A DNA stretch of 24,454 nucleotides, taken from the NCBI GenBank assembly GCA_037142615.1, contig JBAXAI010000050.1, positions 1 through 24,454 of the forward strand. Direction: 5' to 3'. The position numbers were made by a program, and so were the translations under genes. Each line of letters opens with the position of its first letter. The first letter of the stretch is position 1. Shown here in pieces: positions 8,118 to 14,636 of this stretch. This DNA comes from Spirochaetales bacterium. GTDB taxonomy: Bacteria > Spirochaetota > Spirochaetia > JABEVK01. The notes below the pieces were generated by a model. The model saw only the letters and a program-made list of their open reading frames with translations, did not search any database and was not told where the DNA came from.

Positions 8118-9662
8118 GTGCCAACCGCCTCTGGGAACTCACCTCGGGTCGTTTTGTTCGGTGCCTCGGGGACCATGGGGACCCAAGTGGTGCAGGCCCT
8201 GCTGGCGAGGCCCGGCGGGGTCAACCTGACGGTGTTGGTCCTGCCCCGGGAACGTCAGCGGCCGTCAGTTCGGCGACTGCGGCGCTGGGCCCAGCAGGGC
8301 CAGCTTACGCTTTTGTGGGGTGACGCGACGAAAGCCGAAGACGTTGCCTTGGCCGTCCGAGGCGCCGAGGTGGTGTTCAACACGATGGCCTGCATTTCGC
8401 CTGCGGCCGACTACTATCCCGACGTTGCCCGTCAGGTGAATGTCGATGCCGTCGCCAACGTCCTGCGGGCGATTCACGGCGAGCCCGAAGGGGCCTCCCG
8501 CATCCGCTACGTGCATACGGGAACCGTCGCCGCGACCGGGAACCGCCCCCCGGGTCTGCACTGGGGCCGGGTCGGTGATCCGCTCAAGCCTTCGGTGTTC
8601 GACACCTACGCCCTGACCAAAATCGCCGGCGAGCGGCTGGTCCTCGAAGCCGGGCTCAGGCACTGGGCGGTGTTGCGCATGAGCTTTATCATGCCGACGA
8701 CGTTTGCCGCCCAGCAGGCCCTGAACGACGCCATCGCCTTCCACATGCCGCTCGACACCGCCATGGAGAACCTCTCCGACCGCGACGCTGGCTTTGGCAT
8801 GGCGTCGGTGCTCGACCTCCCCCCAGACACCGACTTTTGGGGACGGGTTTACAACATGGGCGGCGGCCCAGGCATGCGTTGCAGCGCGAGGGAGTTTCTG
8901 GACTCGAACTACCGGCTCCTGGGGCTCGACCCGGCGGCCTGCTACGACCCGGCGTGGTACGCCGAGCGCAACTTTCACTTGCAGTTTTACACGGACAGCG
9001 CCGAGCTCAACGGCTACCTTCACCATTGGCGCGACACGCTGGTCACCTACCAGCAGGCGCTTGCCGACACGCTGCCTGTGGCGCTCAAACTCGTCGGCTG
9101 GCTGGCACGCCGGGTAGCGCTCATCCGCCGGGCTGTCGGGGGCACCGTGTGGGCCCAAAACGCCAAGCTGGCCCGCACGCACCGCAACAGCCCGTTGTTC
9201 TGGAGGCTCAGCGGCAACTCCAAGCGCCTGGCCGCCTTCTTCTTTCCCGAAGGCTGGGTCAAAAAGGGGGTTCCCGACCTGCTGATTCCGACCCCGCGCC
9301 TGAACCACGGCCATGACGAAACCAAGCCGCTTCATTCGGCTGACCTTCAGGCGGCCGCTGCGTTTCGGGGAGGGCGCTGCGACCTGCAAACTTGGTCGGG
9401 CGACGCTGACGAACCTGTCACTTGGGAATGTGCCCACGGCCATCGGTTTGCAGCCCGGGTGTACACCGTGCTTGGAGCAGGGCACTGGTGCCCGACCTGT
9501 CAATCCACTTGGAACGGCGACGCGCAGGCCCGCGAGAATCCTTTCTTCGCGCAGGTTTGGTACGCTGACCACGGCGACGAGAACAACGAGTATCCAGCCG
9601 ACTGCGGCGACGACATCAGGGGCGCAGACCGGCCCACTCGGAAATCGCCCTCAGGAAGATAG
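8118..9662 (+). CDS. Extended SDR / NAD-dependent epimerase-dehydratase with C-terminal putative zinc ribbon
   Basis: GASGTMG Rossmann motif, YALTK (YxxxK), YNMGGG; C-terminal WECAHGH...WCPTC. GTG start 8 nt after the ppk2 stop. Confidence 0.85.
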   Translation: MPTASGNSPRVVLFGASGTMGTQVVQALLARPGGVNLTVLVLPRERQRPSVRRLRRWAQQGQLTLLWGDATKAEDVALAVRGAEVVFNTMACISPAADYYPDVARQVNVDAVANVLRAIHGEPEGASRIRYVHTGTVAATGNRPPGLHWGRVGDPLKPSVFDTYALTKIAGERLVLEAGLRHWAVLRMSFIMPTTFAAQQALNDAIAFHMPLDTAMENLSDRDAGFGMASVLDLPPDTDFWGRVYNMGGGPGMRCSAREFLDSNYRLLGLDPAACYDPAWYAERNFHLQFYTDSAELNGYLHHWRDTLVTYQQALADTLPVALKLVGWLARRVALIRRAVGGTVWAQNAKLARTHRNSPLFWRLSGNSKRLAAFFFPEGWVKKGVPDLLIPTPRLNHGHDETKPLHSADLQAAAAFRGGRCDLQTWSGDADEPVTWECAHGHRFAARVYTVLGAGHWCPTCQSTWNGDAQARENPFFAQVWYADHGDENNEYPADCGDDIRGADRPTRKSPSGR

Positions 9663-11433
9663 TCCCATACGCCTCGAGCTTCGCTTCGCCGACCCCGTGG
9701 ACCGCACGGAACTCGACGCTGGTGCGGGGTGCTTTGGCGGCCATGTCCTTGAGGGTCTTGTCGCTGAAGATCACATAGGCCGGAACGTCGTTTTCGTCGG
9801 CCAGCCGTTTACGTACCACCTTGAGCGCCTCGAACAGGTCGGGGTCACCCTCAGTCGCTGATAGGGCCTTGGGTTGCGGCGCTGCTGCCTTCTTCTCTTC
9901 TGGGCTTCGGTATTTCACCAGCGCCACCGTCTTTTCGCCCTTGAGAACCGGGTGTGACAGTGAAGTGGTTTGCAGCGTCATGCCCCTGTCGAACGCCACC
10001 GCCAGGTACCCGGCGTTGATGAGCTGGCTGCCGTACTCCATCCATTCCTCGAACCGCAGTTCTTTGCCGGCTCCAAAAGTTTTGAGGTCGTGCCAGCCGG
10101 GTTCCACCACTTCCTGCGCGTGGCTGCCCCTGAGGATGAGCGTGCACTGGCGAAGGGTCGAACGACCGCCGGTACGCACCACGGCTGACAGCAGCTTTTG
10201 CGCCGTCACGGTGCCGTCAAAGGTCTCGGGCGGGTTTTCGCACACATCGCAGTGACCACAGTCGGCCTCGGGGCTCTCGCCAAAGTAGCTCAGCAAGATG
10301 CGTCGGCGGCACTGGAAGGCCTCGGCGTACTGCTTCATCCGTTCCAGCTTGGCCCCCAGCAGCGCACGGCGGTCGGGGTTGGCGTCGTCCATGAACTTCA
10401 GTTGCTGGGCAACATCGCCGTAGCTGTAAAACAGAAGCGTGTCGGCGGGCAACCCGTCCCGGCCGGCGCGGCCAATTTCCTGATAAAAGCCCTCCAGGTT
10501 CTTGGGCAGATTGTAGTGAATCACCCAGCGCACGTTGCTCTTGTCGATGCCCATGCCGAAGGCCACGGTCGCGCACACGATGTCCAGGTCGTCCTTCAAG
10601 AACGCTTCCTGCACCGCCGAGCGGTCCTCGGTGGCCATTCCGGCGTGGTAGGCCCGGGCTCGGTGGCCCTTTTTGCACAGCTTTTCGGCCAGTTCCTCCG
10701 TGCCGGCGCGGCTGAGGCAGTACACGATGCCCGCTTGGCCCGGCCTGCGTGCCAAAAAGTCCAGAATCCGCTCCAGACGCTTGAGCCCGGGCAACACCGC
10801 GAGGTGCAGGTTGGGGCGGTCAAAGCTCGACTGGAAGACCGCCTCTTCGTCGATGGCGAGCTGGGCCAGGATGTCGCGCCGGATGGCCGGGTCGGCGGTA
10901 GCGGTGAGGGCGACCAACGGCACACCGGGGAGCAGCGCCCTCAGTTGACCCAGCTTGGTGTATTCCGGCCGGAAGTCATGGCCCCAGAAAGAGATACAGT
11001 GCGCCTCGTCGACAGCGACCAGTCCGACCTTCCAACTCGCCAGCCGGGCGCCGGTATTGCCCGAAAACAACCGCTCGGGGCTGACGTACAGCAGCTTAAG
11101 TTCCCTGGCCTCGATGCGCGCCGTCACCCTTTGGGCCTCCGCAGCGTTCTGAGTGCTGTTCAGAAAGTCAGCCGCCACGCCGTTGGCCTTGAGCGCCTCG
11201 ACCTGGTCTTTCATCAGCGCCACCAGCGGCGAGATCACCAGCGTCAGGCCTTCGCGGCACAGTGCTGGCACCTGGAAGCACAGCGACTTGCCTCCGCCAG
11301 TGGGCATCAGCACGAGGGCGTCGCGCCCGGCAAGCACCTGTTCGATCACCTTGTCTTGCAAGGGGTGAAAACGCTCGTAGCCGAACACGTCCTTCAGGAC
11401 GGTGAGCGGCGAGGGGAGGGCAGAAGGCATCAT
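9616..11433 (-). CDS. recQ: DNA helicase RecQ (helicase, Zn/RQC, HRDC)
   Basis: MPTGGGKSLCFQ, DEAHCIS.WGHDFRPEY, LTATA, ATVAFGMGIDK, QEIGRAGRDG, CRR..CGHCDVC, HRDC VPAYVIFSD. Start ATG 11433 is preferred; 11445 and 11430 are alternatives. Confidence 0.97.
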   Translation of the reverse strand: MMPSALPSPLTVLKDVFGYERFHPLQDKVIEQVLAGRDALVLMPTGGGKSLCFQVPALCREGLTLVISPLVALMKDQVEALKANGVAADFLNSTQNAAEAQRVTARIEARELKLLYVSPERLFSGNTGARLASWKVGLVAVDEAHCISFWGHDFRPEYTKLGQLRALLPGVPLVALTATADPAIRRDILAQLAIDEEAVFQSSFDRPNLHLAVLPGLKRLERILDFLARRPGQAGIVYCLSRAGTEELAEKLCKKGHRARAYHAGMATEDRSAVQEAFLKDDLDIVCATVAFGMGIDKSNVRWVIHYNLPKNLEGFYQEIGRAGRDGLPADTLLFYSYGDVAQQLKFMDDANPDRRALLGAKLERMKQYAEAFQCRRRILLSYFGESPEADCGHCDVCENPPETFDGTVTAQKLLSAVVRTGGRSTLRQCTLILRGSHAQEVVEPGWHDLKTFGAGKELRFEEWMEYGSQLINAGYLAVAFDRGMTLQTTSLSHPVLKGEKTVALVKYRSPEEKKAAAPQPKALSATEGDPDLFEALKVVRKRLADENDVPAYVIFSDKTLKDMAAKAPRTSVEFRAVHGVGEAKLEAYGTIFLRAISEWAGLRP

Positions 11434-11501
11434 GGGGCTCATCATAGTCCAAAAGGGCCCGCCGCCTCTCCTGCTTGAGCGTAACCATGGTAAAATGAGG
11501 T

Positions 11502-12524
11502 ATGCAAACCGAAATCCTTCAGCCTGCCGACCTACTCGATGCCCAGGGCCGCCTCACCACCTGCGGTTGGAGCCGGCAGCCTCTGTTGAACTACCGCCGC
11601 GATGCCGTCAAGGCGCCCAAGTTCCGGCTCAAAGAATGGGACTACTACTATGTGCACGCAGGCGAGGTCGGGCTGTCGGTCACGGTGGCCGACAACGGCT
11701 ACTTGGGCTTTGTCTCGGTCACGTTTTTCGACTTCGCCGTTCCCTGCGAGGTCACCAAGGCCGTGATGGTACCGTTCCCGCTCGGGAAGTTCGGCATGCC
11801 TGCCAGTTCGGGCTCCGGCGACGTGGTCTTTCGCAACAAGAGCCTGACGCTCGAGTTTCGTCGCACCGAGGGCGGACGCACGCTCACCATCGACTGCGAC
11901 GACTTCGCTGCCGGGCAGGCTCTGCATGGCGTAGTCCACCTCAGCCAACCCCCTGGTCTGGAGTCCCTCACCATTGCCACCCCCTTCGCCGGGGCGCCGC
12001 TGAGCTTTTACTACAACCAAAAGGTCAACTGCCAGCCGGCTCAGGGCGAGCTCAGTTTTGGCAAGCGGAAGCTGGTATTCGACCCAGCCACCTGCTTCGG
12101 CGTCCTCGATTGGGGGCGCGGCGTCTGGACCTACCAGAACACGTGGTATTGGGGCTCGGCCAGCGGCCTGGTTCTGGGTCAGCCGTTCGGCTTCAACCTG
12201 GGGTATGGCTTTGGCGACACGGCGGCCGCCAGCGAAAACGTGGTCTACTGGAAAGGCCGTGCCAACAAGCTCGACCAGGTGACGTTCCACCTTCCCGAAG
12301 ACTCCTATCTCAAGCCGTGGAAGTTCACCTCCAACGACGGTCGGCTCGAACTGGACTTCGTCCCTGTGCTCGACCGGGCTTCCGACACCAACGTGCTACT
12401 CATCCGAAGCAACCAGCACCAGGTCTTCGGCAGGTTTACCGGGACCGTGGTGATGGATGACGGTTCAAGTCTGGCGGTCAAAGACCTCTTTGGCTTCGCC
12501 GAAAAGGTCTACAACCGCTGGTGA
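11502..12524 (+). CDS. DUF2804-like protein (beta-rich, Trp/Tyr-rich)
   Basis: RLKEWDYY, FYYNQK, LDWGRGVW...W.W, GFNLGYGFG, SNQHQVFGRFTG and FAEKV..RW C-terminus, recalled as typical of DUF2804. Confidence 0.8.
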   Translation: MQTEILQPADLLDAQGRLTTCGWSRQPLLNYRRDAVKAPKFRLKEWDYYYVHAGEVGLSVTVADNGYLGFVSVTFFDFAVPCEVTKAVMVPFPLGKFGMPASSGSGDVVFRNKSLTLEFRRTEGGRTLTIDCDDFAAGQALHGVVHLSQPPGLESLTIATPFAGAPLSFYYNQKVNCQPAQGELSFGKRKLVFDPATCFGVLDWGRGVWTYQNTWYWGSASGLVLGQPFGFNLGYGFGDTAAASENVVYWKGRANKLDQVTFHLPEDSYLKPWKFTSNDGRLELDFVPVLDRASDTNVLLIRSNQHQVFGRFTGTVVMDDGSSLAVKDLFGFAEKVYNRW

Positions 12525-12536
12525 AATGGGGTCAGG

Positions 12537-13028
12537 CTACCAGCGGGGGCCGTTGCCCATCATTCCCCCGCCCTGGTTGGTCTGACCACGGCCATTCTTG
12601 TCGGCACGGCCACCCATCCCCTGGCGATTGTTCCCCGTGTTGGCTGTCAGGTCCACTTCCTTGCCGTTCACGGTGATCTTGTAGGCATGGAACACGGGCT
12701 GAACCTTGGTGTCGGCCTTCACCGTGGTCGCGGTCCCTTCAATGGTGATCGTGTCGCCGCTCTTGGCATCTACCAGGGGGTTTGACCAGCGGGGCAACAT
12801 CAGCAGGTACTCAACGCCATCGGCCTTGAACACGGGGTCAAGTTTTTGTCCCAGAATAAGTTGTCCTGTCGATTTCTTGTACTCGGTTGTCACGGTGTTG
12901 CCGATTTTCCAGTCGATGCCAGCGGCCGGGCCTCCGCCGTAGCCTTGCATGGGCTGGGCCGAAAGGCCTGCCGTCAAAATGGTGGCTCCCAAAAGAGCCA
13001 GGGTGATCGTCTTGGCGATCTTCTTCAT
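12537..13028 (-). CDS. Secreted hypothetical protein, 163 aa; small beta (OB-fold-like) core with Gly/Met-rich tails
   Basis: GGAGGA RBS at 13040-13035, ATG 13028. Signal peptide MKKIAKTITLALLGATILTAGLSA. Core GDTITIEG...FHAYKITVNGK; tail QGMGGR...GGGMMGNGPRW. Confidence 0.85.
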   Translation of the reverse strand: MKKIAKTITLALLGATILTAGLSAQPMQGYGGGPAAGIDWKIGNTVTTEYKKSTGQLILGQKLDPVFKADGVEYLLMLPRWSNPLVDAKSGDTITIEGTATTVKADTKVQPVFHAYKITVNGKEVDLTANTGNNRQGMGGRADKNGRGQTNQGGGMMGNGPRW

Positions 13029-13075
13029 GATGTATCCTCCGTATCCGCACTTTGTTGGCGGGTATACAGAGCTAA

Positions 13076-13091
13076 TGCAACTGCCGTGCCA
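13076..13091 (-). promoter_or_regulatory. Sigma-54 (RpoN) -24/-12 promoter
   Basis: Minus strand TGGCACG-GCAG-TTGCA, an exact match to TGGCACG-N4-TTGCW, 47 nt upstream of ATG 13028. Confidence 0.85.
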
Positions 13092-13194
13092 AAAAAAAAC
13101 GCCCCTCGGGCGCCTCCAAGGGGCCCAACGGACGTGGAAGCGGGAAGTTTTTTCATCCGGCTCAACATTTGGGAAGGCTTTTCTCAGCTGGGGG

Positions 13195-14448
13195 TCACGG
13201 GGCAATCGCCCAGACTTCCATCTCCTTTTCCTTTCCCTTGAAGCGTACCCTTCCCAGCGGTGTGCACTTGCCTGCGGTTTCGGTCGTCAGCCGTTCCAGT
13301 ACCGGCCGTGAGATCAAGAAGGCCTTTCCTGCTTGCTTGCAGGCCGACTCGAGCCGCGAGGCCGTATTGACGGTGTCGCCCACCACGGTGTAGTTGCGCC
13401 GGGTTTCGCTCCCGATATCGCCAAAAATCACAGGACCAAAATGCAGCCCGATGCCCAGTCCGTCGGGCACCGGCAGGCCCTTGACCTCAAACTCGGCCCG
13501 CAGCTGCGGCCAAAGTCTCAACATTTCCTGACCGCAATCGACAGCTGCCTGACAGGCCCCTGGTTCGTTTTTCAGGCCGAAGAGCACCATCACCGCGTCG
13601 CCAATGAACTTGTCGACGACACCCCCATGCCGCTCCACGACGCGGGTCCAAGCGCTGAAGTACAGGTTGAGCATCTCGGTGACGGCCTGGGGTTCGGCTT
13701 TCTCACTGCTGGCGGTGAAGTTGCGCAGGTCCGAAAACAGCACCCCGATTTCCAGGTGTCGCGACTGGGTTCCCCGCCCCGCCAGAATTTCGTCGCGGAT
13801 GTCGCGGTCGACGTACTGCCCGAACAGCAGGTTGATCCGTTCCTTCAGGCGCAACACATCGGTGCGTCCCAACGCCAGGCTGAAGGCCAGAAGCATACCC
13901 CCCACCACGACGTAAACGTGGGTCGGATCCTCAAGGAAGCTAGGCAGGTGGTTGAAGATCCTCGCTACCGTCAGTTCCGACTTGTCGACCACCGAGTTTT
14001 GGGTGTCAAAATAGAAGTACAGAAGAAAAAACAACAGAACATTTACAAAGGTCAGCGCGAACTCCAGCACAGCCTTGGCGTTGGTCCGTTTGGTTTTGAG
14101 AATGACCGCTTGCAGGCCACCCGTCAGAAGCGAGAACACCCAAAAACCCGCGTGGGCTGAGTTCAGCAGAAACTCACTCCCGTCCAGCGTTTCCAAAAAG
14201 GTATAGAACAGCGGCGCGATGAGCGACCCCGCCAAACGTACCCAAGGCCGGTCGCCCCAAACCACGAGCACCGCCGTCTGCAGCAGCAGGATTCCCAGGA
14301 GCGAGGTATGCCCCACGTCTGAGAACAGCCCCCAGCCTGAAATGCTGAACTGGATGAGCAGATAAAAGAGCGCAAATTGACCCGACTGAAGCAGCAATTC
14401 GCGCGCAAGCCGCTGGAGGAAGCCCAGCGTGGACCGGAGTGGTGTCAT
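13195..14448 (-). CDS. Membrane-bound class III adenylate cyclase
   Basis: Multi-TM N-terminal half. FSDLRNFT and DKFIGDAVM metal-binding Asps, GIGLHFG, NYTVVGDTVNTASRLE, FKGK. Lys/Thr substrate pair points to ATP specificity. Confidence 0.92.
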   Translation of the reverse strand: MTPLRSTLGFLQRLARELLLQSGQFALFYLLIQFSISGWGLFSDVGHTSLLGILLLQTAVLVVWGDRPWVRLAGSLIAPLFYTFLETLDGSEFLLNSAHAGFWVFSLLTGGLQAVILKTKRTNAKAVLEFALTFVNVLLFFLLYFYFDTQNSVVDKSELTVARIFNHLPSFLEDPTHVYVVVGGMLLAFSLALGRTDVLRLKERINLLFGQYVDRDIRDEILAGRGTQSRHLEIGVLFSDLRNFTASSEKAEPQAVTEMLNLYFSAWTRVVERHGGVVDKFIGDAVMVLFGLKNEPGACQAAVDCGQEMLRLWPQLRAEFEVKGLPVPDGLGIGLHFGPVIFGDIGSETRRNYTVVGDTVNTASRLESACKQAGKAFLISRPVLERLTTETAGKCTPLGRVRFKGKEKEMEVWAIAP

Positions 14449-14572
14449 CCCCCTATCTTACCTCAGAGGGGAACCGAGTTCCAGCCGGAGCAACGGTCAG
14501 AAAAATAAACAATTTCTACGAAGATGTAGGAATACTCCTGGAAGGATACCCATAGGAATGATCCAAACTATA

Positions 14573-14601
14573 TTGACAATTCATTCAAACCGGTTCAGCA
14601 T
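14573..14601 (+). promoter_or_regulatory. Possible sigma70 promoter for the ABC operon
   Basis: Perfect TTGACA at 14573-14578 in an AT-rich region; the -10 at 17 bp is weak (CAGCAT). Confidence 0.4.
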
Positions 14602-14636
14602 ATCTCCTACTATTATTCCCCAGGAGGAAGCAAGAA

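Noticed and set aside
12537-13205. 222-aa version of the secreted protein
   Set aside because: The signal peptide, RBS and sigma-54 promoter all point to ATG 13028.
14511-14531. AATTTCTACGAAGATGTAGGA resembling a Cas12a crRNA repeat handle
   Set aside because: Single imperfect copy, no spacers and no cas genes; better read as an operator-like palindrome.
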